Assembly: GCF_006345805.1 (NCBI RefSeq)
Contig: NC_043004.1
Span: 25,296,001 to 25,360,000 of the forward strand
Length of the DNA: 64,000 nucleotides
Direction: 5' to 3'
From: Octopus sinensis
Taxonomy: Eukaryota
The translations under genes were made by a program, and so were the position numbers. Numbering within the stretch: position 1 is the stretch's first letter; the number at the start of each line of letters is the position of its first letter. Under the pieces are notes generated by a model. That model ran no database searches. It was given only the letters and a program-made list of their open reading frames with translations, and was not told the DNA's origin. Positions 22,450 through 36,850 of the stretch are shown here, in pieces.

Positions 22450-24993
22450 TATGTATGTATGCCTAAAAGACTGAATGTTGATCGTCTTAGATGTAATAGT
22501 GTGAATAGAACTTAACAAGAGGAAATGAATGCTGCTGATATTGGGGAGGATTGGCCGACCCTTAAAAAGTCAGTTTATGATATAGGCAAGAAAGTTCTGA
22601 GATTGATACAAAGAAAGCATCAAGATTGGTTTAAAGAAAATGGTGAACATATAGATGATTTATTGGCTGATAAAAGACGTACTTTTTCACGCTGTTTGTC
22701 AGCAAAGCCACATGAGAAGGAAGTGTTGCATAGAGAACTCAAGGATGTAAAATCACGTGTGAGACGGAGGCTCTCTCAGATGAGGGATATGTGGTAGAAT
22801 AAGAAGGTTGATGAGATACATATAGCGTCGGATTCCAATAAAACAAAGCTGTTGTATGGTTCCTTGCGAGAAGATTATGGACCGACTTCTCTGATGACAC
22901 CCACTTCGAAGCAAAGATGGTAAAGAACCTCTTCGTGATTCACAAGGAATTCTGCGAAGGTGGCGAGAACACTTTGATGAACTTTTGAATCAGCAGTCTG
23001 TAATTAGTGAGGATGTTCTCAATCTCACTCCTGGATTACCTGTGAAGGTGGCTCCCGCAGAACCACCAAAGTTGGAAGAAGTTGTAGAGGCTGTCTCAAG
23101 GATGAATAATGGTGGTGATAAACTTCTGCAGCAACTTCACTCTTTGTTTGGTAGGATATGGGGTAGTGAATCTGCACCTGAGGACTGGAGAGATACAGTA
23201 ATGGTGGTCTTATATAAGGGAACGGGCAACAGGAATGATTGTGGTCACTATAGGGGAATATCATTGCTTTCTGTCGTAGGAAAGGTTTTATACAGGGTAC
23301 TTCTGGATCGTCTGCTGAAACACGTTGCAGATTGTGTTCTTCCAGAAAGTCAATCTGGCTTTCGTCTGGGACACGGCACTGCTGATGTGATCTTTTTAGC
23401 TAGACAATTTCAGGAGAAGTGTGTGGAACAGGGTCTGGATTTGTATCAGGTTTTTGTCGATCTGACAAAAGTCTTTGATACCGTTAATAGAAATGCACTA
23501 TGTAAAGTCCTCTAGAAACTTGAGTGTCCTGAAAAGTACCTTGCTTTGATTAGGTCTTTCCATGAAGACATGAAGGGTAGGGTTAATGTTAGAGGGAAAA
23601 TGTCGGAGTCTATCTCAATACAAAATGGAGTGAAACAGGGGCATATTCTGGCACCGACCCTATTTGCCATATATTTTGCGATGGTTTTCTGTATTGCATT
23701 CAGAAACTGCAGATATGGTGTTTACACCCATTATCGAACCTCTGGCAGCATATTTAATATCAGGCGCTTTGCTGCAAAAACAAAGGTATTTACCTCTATC
23801 ATACCAGACCTTTTGTATGCAGATGATTGTGATCTAGTAGCGCACACAGAGATTGATAAAACTGTTGCCATGTACTAACCTGCCCCTGGTAAGCAGTATA
23901 GTGAACCAAATATCTATGTGTATGGTAAACGACTTGATGTAGTTGATCAGTTTGTCTACCTGGGAAGCACTGTTAATAGATATAGCAATTTGGATAATGA
24001 AATTCCATACAGAATTAGAAAAGCAAGTGATGCTTTCAGAAGGTTAGAAAGGCGCCTCTGGAGTCAGCGAGATATATGCAGGAAGAGAAAGATAAAGATG
24101 TACAAAGCATGTGTGCTCTCTTCTCTTCTTTATGCCTGCGAGACGTGGGTCACATATCGATACCATCTTAAGTAACTGGAACGTTTCCATCAGATGTGAC
24201 TCAGACAAATATATGGCATTAAGTGGAAGGATCACATCAGTGATCTTGAAATATTGGAAACCTCTCGGTGTGAAAGTATAGAAGCCCTTGTGTTAAAGCA
24301 AAGGCTCAGATGGCGTGGTCATCTGGTCAGGATGAAGGATTCAATGATGCCAAAACAACTCTTTTATGGAGAGTTAGCTAAAGGAGAACGACCTCCACAT
24401 AAACCAAAAAAGAGGTATAAGGACCTGCTGAAGGGTTCCTTAAGAAATGCATGCATCTCTCACATGGGAGGGCATACTTTTGACCGTAACAGGTGGAGGA
24501 GGATTGTGCATGAGGGGACAGCTACTTTTGAGAAATCTCGAGTTGCGCATGAGAAAGTAAGGAGGGATGTCAGGAAGGGCATCGCTGTTGCACTTCCAGA
24601 TGATGAGGGTCTTCCTATGATGCTCACATGCAGAGTATGTGAAAGACCCTGCCTCAGTAAAGCTGGACTAAAGAGTCATCTTCCTAGTCATAAAGCGAGA
24701 CAGATGCCTGACAACCAGGCCACTTGTGGTGGTGCTACACACCATACTAATCATATCTGTCAGGTATGTAGAAGGGAGTGTAAGTCGGCGGGAGGACTTA
24801 AACGACATGCAAAAGTACATGAAACCCAGTTACAACTACAGCCAGCTATTACCGGTAAAGGTTTTAGCCGCCAATTTTGTACAAGACATTGTAGATCTTT
24901 AGCTGGGCTAAAACGTCACGTTCGATCACAGCACCGATAACAGTTAAGCCTCGTACGATGGCCATACTCGATAACGACGGGGCAGCCATCATG
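22450..24993 (+). mobile_element. RTE-clade LINE (BovB-like), 5'-truncated, with C-terminal C2H2 fingers
   Basis: KHQDWF.EN; YRGISLLSVVGKV; LPESQSGFR...GTAD.IF.ARQ.QEKC.EQ; FVDLTK.FDTVNR; GVKQG.ILAPTLF; LLYADD; QRLRW.GHLVRM.DS.MPKQLFYGEL..G.RP..KPKKRYKD. Confidence 0.9.
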
Positions 24994-26010
<1,017 letters not shown>

Positions 26011-26083
26011 ATATATCTATTGTTTTATATATATGTGTGTATATAGATGTATATGTATATATACATATGTATATGTATATATG

Positions 26084-26587
26084 CATGGTCGGGTCGTTGG
26101 CGACAAAACCGGCAACCCCACCAAGCTTGCTTGGTGAGGAGGGTGTTTATTGGACACCCTGCGGGATGAAAAACAAAACCCGTTAAAGGGCGGAGGAACT
26201 CTTGAGAGGCAACGGCCATCCAATAAATGTCTTAACTCTGTATCACGCGCGGGGACATAGAAATAATTCAGACTGAATACCCGATCGCGCGGTTAAACCA
26301 TTGGGAGTGAAGCACTCCTAGCCTTTTTTAGGGCATCCTTCTAGGCGAAGGTAACTCAGGTAACTGGGATAACTCCGACATAAAACCTGCGGCTCAGTGG
26401 TTACCAATGATGTTGACTTGTTCTTCTTTTCGGATTATGGCTGCTATTGCTTAATGAGTGGGATTGACTCAGTGCACAGCCTTTCCTCACTTAAAAAAAA
26501 ATCTTGCACAGGCATTGCACGATAACAACATTGATTAAGCTTCGTGCAATGACCATACTCGATAACGAGGGGGCAGCCACCATGTAT
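26084..26587 (+). mobile_element. Non-coding bipartite RTE-derived element (RTE 5'-UTR-like body plus RTE 3' tail)
   Basis: The last ~53 nt match the 3' end of the RTE at 24944-24996 with about 6 mismatches. Contains the RTE 5'-like motif ggcgaaggtaactc...aaacc. Flanked by (TA)n. Confidence 0.65.
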
Positions 26588-26764
26588 ATATATATATATT
26601 AATGTGTATATATATATATGCAGATGCACATATATAGATGTATATGTATATATGTATATACACACATATATATATAGATGTATATGTATATATGTATATA
26701 CACACATATATAGATGTATATATATATATATATTATATATATATATATATATCTATATATATAT

Positions 26765-26814
<50 letters not shown>

Positions 26815-26859
26815 TACATGTGTATGTGGGTATAAATATAAATGTATATACACAGATAA

Positions 26860-27960
26860 GTTAAGAGAAGAAATGGAGCAACATGTAATAGTTAGAAGTT
26901 GATCATTAGTATTGAATGATCATAGTTTAATTATAGTTAAGATAACATTTGCAGCTGCTTCTGTTTGTTATTTTCGATGTAAACTTGCGTCTATCTCGTT
27001 CCATGTAACAAACATCATCAGAATGATTTGAACTTTACCAGAGGAATATTGACAGAAGATCGAAGGTTGACAGGAGAAAAAAATGAAAAATGAAAATGAA
27101 GAGAAAAAGGAAAAAAGAAAAAGGAAAAGGTTCATTAGGTCTTTAGTCTTACATTTTTGCGCCCTTAAAAGGTCCGACAGAACCAGAAACTCATATAATT
27201 TGGATATTAATTTATACTACCGTCTTCTGTATAAAGAAATCACGAAAAAAAAACCCAATAAAACCCCCAAAATAGTGCCAAATAACACTCTAAGATCTAT
27301 GAACTTATACGCCAAGAAGATTATGACAGATTTCAACTTAGAAGACAAAACTGAACCTTTCGCACTTTCTTGATCCCGCATAACAATCAAGGACCATAAA
27401 GAAAATTTCTCAACAGACACGAAAGTTAGACTAATCTACCCTAAAAAAATCCAACCTATGCAAGCCAAGTAAATTAATCTTAGATAATCATATCCCTATT
27501 ATAAAAAACAAGATCACTCTAGAATTATGGTCAAACACCCACGACGCCCTTAACTGGTTCTCCGATATACGGAATAAAACTAGTTATAAATTCCTACAAA
27601 TAGATATAGACAACTACTATTCATCAATTAATCCTACTGTTCTTACTAGGGCTCTAATTTTCGCTAAAATACATGCCAAATTGACTATGAATGAAATTAA
27701 TTTAAACATAAGAACAAGGAAATCTATAATAAAATTCGATAAGTTGTGGGTAAGGAAGGACACCCCCAATTATTTCGACATCACAATGAGGGCCCCGGAC
27801 TCGGTACAGGCATCTGATTTAGTGGGTATTTACCTATTATCTCATTTACACGACGAATTCCCAGAGATTAAGGGAGGCCTTTACAGGGAAGATGCACTAT
27901 TTATCCTTAAAAACACCTCCAACAGGAACTTGATCTATTAAAGGAAAAAATTACACTACG
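26860..27960 (+). mobile_element. Penelope-like element, RT N-terminal part, 3'-truncated
   Basis: ITIKDHKENF...VRLI.P; F.Q.DI.NYY.SI; K.L..AL.FA; FDITM.A.D..Q..DLVGIYLL; GGLYRED (YRDD-like). Confidence 0.8.
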
Positions 27961-28141
27961 TAACAAATTTTAGACTGTTGTTTGTCTTCGGTCTTTAAGT
28001 GTTGATTCCTAATTGCTTTGGTCTAGAAAGCAAAGAATATTAACATTAGTCCCTTCAAACTTTAGTTCTGTGGCCAGAACATTAATGCTTTAAAAATAAT
28101 ATTTATATATGACTTGGTATTTTGAATTAATGTTTTTAAAA

Positions 28142-28202
<61 letters not shown>

Positions 28203-28290
28203 CACAGGGAGTTGAACTGCGTTGAGTTGAAAAGCAGCATGTAAACATGTCTCTATATTTATTTCTAAAACATTCTGGCAACACTGACTG

Positions 28291-28556
28291 CACTATAAAT
28301 AAAAGGATTCAGGAAACTTAGACTCTTTAGTTCAGTCTATTTCTAGCTGTCATAGTGGACACACAGCGTTATTGATAGCTGCATTTGTCATAAAAGGCAT
28401 CAAGAGGTTGTGAGCATCCGGCAGATGAATTCTGTTATATCTGCGGTGAATTTATCAAGAGAAGAGTAAAAAAGTACTATGTAACATCTGCTAAAATGTG
28501 TGAGCTCTACAAGGCATATTTCAGCATTCCTGTCGGGTATCAGAATAAACCCTATA
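28291..28556 (+). mobile_element. Chapaev3-like 5' end, truncated by the Tc1 insertion
   Basis: Starts CACtataaat. Encodes SRGCEHPADEFCYICGEFIK...YKAYFSIPVGYQNKP, homologous to the N-terminus of 14977-15873. Confidence 0.6.
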
Positions 28557-28558
28557 TA

Positions 28559-29836
28559 CATAGGCATGCAGGAAGTAAATAGACACCTTTAATTTTCAAA
28601 ATTTCTGATCTAAGCGACTTAACATGTTTTCAGCGGTGTAGAATTTACAATGTAATTATTCGTTTTCATTCCAGGTGCCATTATATTAAACATTTGCGAA
28701 GAGTAACCATGCCAGGCACAAAAAAAATCAGCAGAACCGTCAGATTTTCAAGGAGGTCGTATTGTTGGGCAATCTGAGGCTGGTCTTAGCCAGCGAAAAA
28801 TTACCGAAAATCTTCAAATTCCTTTTGCTACTGTTAATAGAATTATAGTGCAATTCAAAAGCCAAGGAAAAGAATCAACAGATTCTCGTCCCGTCCGACC
28901 TGGGCCCTCGGAAAGGAAGCTTCGCTGTTTAAAGAGAATTGTGGATAAGGAACCCCTTTCGAAGGCATCTGACATTGCAAAACAGCTAGAAGTTAGTCCA
29001 AGAACGTGTGTTACATATCTGCATAAGCTTGGGTATTATGGACAAGCAGCTAGAAAAAAATCTCTCCTTCAACCAATTAATATCACGAAAAGAAAGAAAT
29101 GGGCTAAGGAGTTGTCAGAAAAATCCAGTTCATTTTGGGATAGAGTAATTTTCTCAGATGAATCCAGATTTGTATTATTTTCAGATAGTGGACGTGTTTG
29201 GGTCTGGAGGCTTCCCAATCAAGAATTTGATTTGAAACGACTCCAACCAACTGTGAAACATGGTGGTATCTCTGTAATGGTATGGGGAGCTGTCACCAGC
29301 AATAGTCGTTCTGAGCTGATCGAATGTGTTGGAACCATAAACTCAGAAAAATACATCGAAATACTTAAGCAAGGACTACTTCCGATGTATTCACACGATA
29401 ACATAACGAAAAATGAGTTTTTATTCATGGAAGATGGGGCTCCATGCCACACAGCTTAAAGGAATCAACAATGGTTGACTGAAAATGGGATCAAAAAGCT
29501 TCCTTAGCCGAGCCAATCTCCTGACATGAACCTAATTGAAAATATTTGAAGCATACTAGATAGAGCTATACGAAAAACTCGACAGAAGCCTAAATCTAAA
29601 GATGAATTGTTTCGATTGTTGCGTGAAAAGTGGGCAGAAATTCCGCAAAAGACAATCACAAAGCTAATCAGTTCAGTGCCAAAAAGAGTTTCTGAATCAA
29701 AAACTGTAAAGGGAATGCCAACTAAATACTAAAGTATGTAGTCCTACCTATCGATTACATTTCAATTGTTCGCTTTGCATATAAAATAAGAGATTTTGAA
29801 AATTAAAGGTTTTCTATTTAATTCCGGCATGTCTGT
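28559..29836 (+). mobile_element. Full-length Tc1 element (DD34E), inactivated
   Basis: About 47-bp TIRs (cataggcatgcaggaagtaaatagacacc... / ...ggtttctatttaattccggcatgtctgtg) and TA TSD. FSDESRF, FMEDGAPCH, SPDMNLIE with 34 residues between D and E. In-frame stops. Confidence 0.93.
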
Positions 29837-29949
29837 GTATATTGTTATGTATAAATGTATGTATGTATGTATGCATGTATGTATGTATGTATGTACGCAC
29901 GTACGTGTGTATGAACATAAAGAAATGAAATGAGTATGAATTGTACCTG

Positions 29950-30026
29950 AGAAGAAGAAGAAGAAGAAGAAGAAGAAGAAGAAGAAGAAGAAGAAGAAAA
30001 AGAAGAAGAAGAAAGAAGAAGAAGAA

Positions 30027-30075
<49 letters not shown>

Positions 30076-30102
30076 GTGGTGATGATGATGATGATGATGA
30101 TT
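29950..30102. repeat. Compound (GAA)n-(GAT)n microsatellite
   Basis: Direct inspection. Confidence 0.95.
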
Positions 30103-30252
30103 AATACCTTATTAGAGCTAATTGTGATGAACCTTGTGGTGTACACATACGATTTTTAACGAATATCTATGTATGTGTGTTTATATATCCGTATGTATGT
30201 ACAGAAAGATAAATTTATTGATAGATGGATATATATATACATACATACATAT

Positions 30253-30356
<104 letters not shown>

Positions 30357-30484
30357 AAATATGTATACATATGTTTATGTATGTATGTATAGATTGATAC
30401 ATATATACGTATATATATGTATGTATGTATGTATGTATATCTATGTGCGTAAGTGTGTGTATATATTCTCCTATTGTTTATTCT

Positions 30485-30825
30485 TTTACTCTTTTGCTTG
30501 ATTCAGTCTTGACTGCGGCCATGCTGGCGCACCACCTTTAGTCGAAGAAATCGACCCCAGGACTTATTCTTCTTAATGCATAGGTACTTATTCTATCAGG
30601 CCCTTCTGCCAAACCGCTAGTTTACGATTGTCAAGCGATGGTGTGGGATCAAACACAGACATGCAAATACATGCAAACATGTTTCCGTCGACCAAATCTC
30701 CTCACAACTCTTGGGTTAGCACGAGGCTATAGCAGAGGACACTTGCCCAAGGTGCTACGCAGTGAGACTGAACCAGGAACCATGTGGTTGAGAAGCAAGC
30801 TATTTACTACTCAGCCACTCCTGCG
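30485..30825 (-). mobile_element. SINE family A, near complete
   Basis: Reverse complement of tail and head. Confidence 0.8.
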
Positions 30826-30827
30826 CT

Positions 30828-30859
<32 letters not shown>

Positions 30860-30868
30860 TATATATAT

Positions 30869-31238
30869 TGAAGCACTCCGTCGGTTACGACGTCGAGGGT
30901 TCCGGTTGATCCGATCAACGGAACAGCCTGCTCGTGAAATTAACGTGCAAGTGGCTGAACACTCCACAGACACGTGTACCCTTAACGTAGTTCTCGGGGA
31001 TATTCAGCGTGACACAGAGAGTGACAAGGCCGGCCCCTTGAAATACAGGTGCAACAGAAACAGGAAGTAAGAGTGAGAGAAAGTTGCCGTGAAAGAGTAC
31101 AACAGGGATCACCACCATCCCTGCCGGAACGTCGTGGAGGGGCAATGGCCCAGTGGTTAGGGCAGCGGACTCGCGGTCGTAGGATCGCGGTTTCGATTCC
31201 CAGACCGGGCGTTTGAGTGTTTATGAGTAAAAAACACC

Positions 31239-31242
<4 letters not shown>
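30869..31242 (-). mobile_element. tRNA-derived SINE family B with inverted 5' head
   Basis: Body on minus strand 31139 to 30869; tRNA-like head on plus strand 31136-31242; (TA)n on both sides. Confidence 0.85.
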
Positions 31243-31310
<68 letters not shown>

Positions 31311-31429
31311 GTGTGTGTGTGTGTATATATGTTAAATATATGTTAAATAATGGTATTATTAAATTAATCAATTTTTCACCCTCATTTATAAATTTATAAT
31401 ATATATGTATATATACATATATTTATATT

Positions 31430-31490
<61 letters not shown>

Positions 31491-31629
31491 ATATTATTGT
31501 ATGTATTTATATATATATGTGTATATATATATAATATTACACACACACATACACACATGTATGTATTAGATGCGTACACCCACATTCAGTCATACGAACG
31601 AATGCACACACATGATACACACATTGTCT

Positions 31630-31951
<322 letters not shown>

Positions 31952-32443
31952 GTGGGATTAAAATGAAATCCAGACTGAAAGAAAAAAATACACACGCGCC
32001 GTGTTTGTTTTCATTATCTCGGTTGGACGGCCAAATAGACCGAGTTACACTCTAAATTAGTAGCTGCAATTTGAATTTGCCAACTTAATTATCCTCGTTT
32101 TCTCTACATTCTAATCTCCCTAGTAATTCTCCGTGGCATATAATAATACTCTTTACTGTATCTCAACCTTTCCCTACATCTGAGAGTTTATGATACTCTG
32201 ATCGGAGATGCTATTATATAGCTATGTAAATAATCACTAATTATACACACACACACACACACACACGCACCCACACACACACACATATATACACACACAC
32301 ACACATGCACACACATATAATCTATTTGTAGCATCATAATCAATAACAAAAACAATAAACAGAGAAACAACAGCAACAAGATTAAGAACACTTTAACTGC
32401 GTTATTTGAAGTGACGACTGAATATGTACATACGCACACACAT

Positions 32444-32484
<41 letters not shown>

Positions 32485-32835
32485 CATACATACATACACA
32501 TACATACATACATACATACATACATACATACATACATACATACATACATACATACATACATACATACATACATAGAGATAGACAAACAGACTGTATACAC
32601 ACACACATACGCACACGCATATATACATATATGTATGAAGGCCTGAAATTGCTTTTGACCCTCTGGTCGATAACTGATGAGGGTTTGGTGACCTGAGTCT
32701 GTTTTCCTTTTGTTTGTGCATTTATATCTTTTTAATTTATGTGTGTATGTGTGTGTGTGTATTTTATGTATGTAGATGTTTGTACTTTTGTATGTGTGTG
32801 AGTGTATATATATATATATAATATAATATAATATA

Positions 32836-32884
<49 letters not shown>

Positions 32885-33282
32885 ATATTATATATAATAT
32901 ATATGCGCGCGCACTCATACACACACACACAGCAACATACGTAGATTGACAGACAATCAGTCAAGTAGACAGACAGATAGATAATTTTTTTTTAAAAGCG
33001 TTAGAAAGATGAATAGATAGGTAGATAGGTACCTTACCAAATAAGCTGCCTGTAAAAATGTGGGTTGCGCGTTCTTTTCCCTCTGTTCTTTACTGTTCTT
33101 GTGTTTTACGAGCTGTTAGATCACTCGGAAGAGGTGGGATGGACCAATGGCTTGTTTCAGGGATGCAGTAAAATGTTGGAATAGAAGAGTTTTTCGATGG
33201 ATGAGGACAGGTTTCATTAGCTTAGCTTTTGTCACCGTAGAATAGACACTACTGGTTTAATTTTATATATATATATATATCC

Positions 33283-33289
<7 letters not shown>

Positions 33290-33372
<83 letters not shown>

Positions 33373-33375
33373 GGA
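33290..33375. repeat. (TAGA)n microsatellite
   Basis: Direct inspection. Confidence 0.95.
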
Positions 33376-33994
33376 TAGGTAAGTAGGTAGGTAGGTGTCT
33401 TATTTGACTACTGCGTCTCTGCAACTTAGTTTCAGGAGGTCATATTTAACTGCACAGTTCAACTGAATACTCGCTTGTGGATTGAATATTAACAAATAAA
33501 AAGCCACCGAAAATACAGACTCACTCAGATAGGCACATTGACACACAGACACACAGACACGTACACAAACACACTACTCATTTCCACTTAAGCTAAATTT
33601 TATACTAAATTAGTCTATTGTTCAACATATTTATACATTATGAAAGTCTGTCTTGATCTGGGATAGGCATGGCCGACATAAACAGGATATAAAACAATAG
33701 CTTATGACAGTGTTCGTGTTTTACTCTATTCAATTATTCATTATCTTTGTAAAGGAAGGTATTATCCTCAAGATTGTTTTATTTTAGTTCTTCAGGTTCC
33801 AGTCGCATTGATGTTTTGGGATTTCTTTTTTGTTTGATTTTTGTGTGGAATTTGCATCTGATTACAATATCTATTTTGTTACAGTAGCTTTGATTTGATA
33901 TACGCCACCCATCATTAATGTCAATTGTCACAATATGAACTGCTCACACACGCGCGCGCGCGCGCGTTGCATATACATAAAGAGATAAATAGAT

Positions 33995-34177
33995 AGATGC
34001 AAGCGTGGATATGTGATAAGAAGTTTGCTTCCCAACTACATGATTTCAGTTTCAATCCTGTGTGGCATCTACTATAAATCCGGGCCAACAAAATCTTTGC
34101 GAGTAGATTTGGTAGACAGAAACTGAGAAAAAGCCCATTGTGTGCGCGCACGTGTGTGTGTGTGTGGTGTGTGTGTG

Positions 34178-34225
<48 letters not shown>

Positions 34226-34414
34226 ATTTATACTTGTCGCCATCAACGGTGTTGATTTGTTTACAACTCCGTTACTTAGCTGTTCGGCATGAGAGACTAA
34301 CAGAGTCAATACCAGGCTTTAAAAATTAAGTTCTGTGTGTTTAGTTTCTTCGACTAAAATCCTTCAAGGCGGTGCCCCAGCATGGCTGCAGCTGAATAAT
34401 TCAAAAGTGTAAAA

Positions 34415-34415
<1 letters not shown>
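33995..34415 (+). mobile_element. SINE family A, diverged, with internal (TG)n
   Basis: Head and tail motifs both present. Confidence 0.7.
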
Positions 34416-34452
<37 letters not shown>

Positions 34453-34574
34453 GAGTGTATTTTTACCTTGTTAACAATTAACACGGAAAAATAAATAAAT
34501 AGTTACCAGGGCAGCAAAAATCTCACAAGTAAAGATGTTGTAACTCCTTGTTTATAAAGGTAGAAACTTCGTGT

Positions 34575-35057
34575 TTACGTTGAATATTTGAATAATATGA
34601 ATAAAAAATGGAGTTAACGCAGGTGTAAACAAATATTTTCACTTTCGACACATGTTTCGAAAATTCCACTGATACTATTCAAAAGAATAAATGGTATAAA
34701 CAATGCAATCTTCTCTCCGGGAAAGTGAAAAAAACGAAACTCGTTAATACGACATTTTAGCAAAAAATGATGGATTTGTATAGCGATAGACAGAACGCTA
34801 TTAATATTGTTTAAAAAAACGTTATATGATATAACGTCATAAGTAGCTAACAGAAAGAGTAGGGATATTAATAGTGAATGTTAAATATGAAGGAAATAAA
34901 AGTTTAACTTATATATAATGATAGAGACTACTTATATGCACGAAGAGAAGATTGCATTGTTTATACCATTTATTCTTTTGAATAGTATCAGTGGAATTTT
35001 CGAAACATGTGTCGAAAGTAAAAATATTTGTTTACACCTGCGTTAACTCCATTTTTT

Positions 35058-35065
<8 letters not shown>
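34575..35065. mobile_element. Element with ~120-bp inverted repeats, probably Penelope-type
   Basis: About 34575-34713 is a near-perfect reverse complement of about 34945-35062. Confidence 0.65.
34636..34731 (-). ncRNA. Type I hammerhead-like fold with long stem II, mutated core
   Basis: TTTTCACTTTC CCGGAGA [GAAGATT...AATTTTC] GAAA C ATGT GTC GAAAGTGAAAA. Perfect 11-bp stem I, GUC site, palindromic stem III. Confidence 0.5.
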
Positions 35066-35105
<40 letters not shown>

Positions 35106-35106
<1 letters not shown>

Positions 35107-35261
35107 GGTGCAGGAGTGGCTATGTGGTAAGTAGCTTGCTTACCAACTACATGGTCCTGGGTTCAGTCCCACTGCGTGACACCTTAGGCAAGTGTCTTCT
35201 ACTATAGCCTCGGGCTCACCAAAGCTTTGTTTGGTAGACGGAAACTGGAAGAAGCCCGTCG

Positions 35262-35303
<42 letters not shown>

Positions 35304-35470
35304 GTGTGTGTGTGTGTTCGTGTGTCTGTGTTTGTACCCCTAACATCGCTTTACAACCGATGCTGGTGTGTTTATGTCCACGTAACTTAGCGGTTCGGCA
35401 AAAGAGACCGATAGAATAAGTACTAGGGTTGATTGACTAAAAGGCGGTGACTGAAACAAATTTAAGAATA
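35106..35470 (+). mobile_element. SINE family A
   Basis: Head, microsatellite and partly deleted tail. Confidence 0.85.
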
Positions 35471-35472
35471 AA

Positions 35473-35504
<32 letters not shown>

Positions 35505-35559
35505 TATATATATATATAATATATATATATGGAAGACCAACAATTGCTCATGCATACCA

Positions 35560-35775
35560 GTCCACCTTCACACCACTGATGTTTTTCAAGGGAATGAGAG
35601 GTCAATACAGCTATGTACCAGTGACGTCGCAACTAATTTTTACTGCTAAGGGAACTGGGATGAACTGGAGTAATGTAAAATAAAGTCTTGCTGAAAAACA
35701 CAACACACAGCCTGGTCCAGGAATCGAGCCAACTAAGTCATGATTGTGAACCCGACACTCTAAACAGTAAGATAT
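35560..35775 (-). mobile_element. SINE family C, diverged
   Basis: Reverse complement matches 2700-2880. Confidence 0.6.
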
Positions 35776-36023
35776 ATATTTGCAAAAAAAACAACGTTCA
35801 GGGACAATAAGGTTGACGGCTTTTCTTATATTGAAGTTCGATAAGCTGCAAAAATGTTTATAGTTCACGGTTAGAAACTTGAGTTGCTATGAATGCAAAA
35901 AAAAATATCCAAATTGGGAGTGTGGAGCATGTAAAATCCAGGCTACACATGTTTCCTAGCTAGCCGACCCTCTGATGTAATAATTACCGAATGAGCGGTA
36001 CCCAGCTAGCTACACATGAGATA

Positions 36024-36405
36024 CTCTTTTACTTGTTTCAGTCATTTGACTGCGGCCATGCTAGAGAACCGCTTTTAGTCGAGCAAATCGACCCCAGGAC
36101 TTATTCTTTGTAAGCCTAGTACTTATTCTATCAAGGTCTTTTGCCGAACAGCTAAGTTACGGGGACGTAAACACACCCCCAACATCAAACGATGTTGGGT
36201 GGGGGGGACAAACACAAACACACATACATATATATATATGCATTATACATATATACATATATATGACGGGCTTCTTTCAGTTTCCATCTACCAAATCCAC
36301 TCACAAGGCTTTGGTCTGCCCGAGGCTATAGTAGAAGACACTTGCCCAACGTACCACGCAGTGGGACTGAATCCGGGACCATGTGGTTGGTAAGCAAGCT
36401 ACCTT
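36024..36405 (-). mobile_element. SINE family A, complete
   Basis: Reverse complement of head, microsatellite and tail. Confidence 0.85.
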
Positions 36406-36464
36406 AATTATCTGAAGGTTACATTATCTGAAGGATATCCTAAGTTTGAAATGTGTGTGTGTGT

Positions 36465-36520
<56 letters not shown>

Positions 36521-36554
36521 CGTGCCTGATTGCATATGTTCAACCATTCTCAGG

Positions 36555-36850
36555 TACAGAATCCCTGAAAAGTTTTCAGTTCTTATTGATTGTATCTAGA
36601 GAATGCGAATCAGTTTGCTCTTTTTCTTTTGGAGGACAGGGGTGTTTTTAGGTTTCTATGTTGAGTAGCTCTCGCATCTATGATAATAGGGGCAAATGAA
36701 AATTTATTGTTTGGATAACTAATGCGGTAGGCCTCTCATCAGTTCTCCGTTTTCCCAATTTTTGAAGAGACATTTGCACATGCGGGGCAATTGATCTCTA
36801 CAATAGTGCACGACATTTGTTTCCTTTCAATATCTGGCCTGTTCTTGTTA
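36555..36850 (-). mobile_element. Old R4/Dong-like RLE fragment
   Basis: NRPDI...SCTIVEINCPA.ANVSSKI.K.EN..., YP..KF.F.PIII; ends next to (CA)n. Confidence 0.55.

Noticed and set aside
32674-32700. CTGATGA followed by a GGGT/ACCT hairpin
   Set aside because: GAAA is replaced by GAGT and no stem I or III pairing was found. At most a dead remnant.
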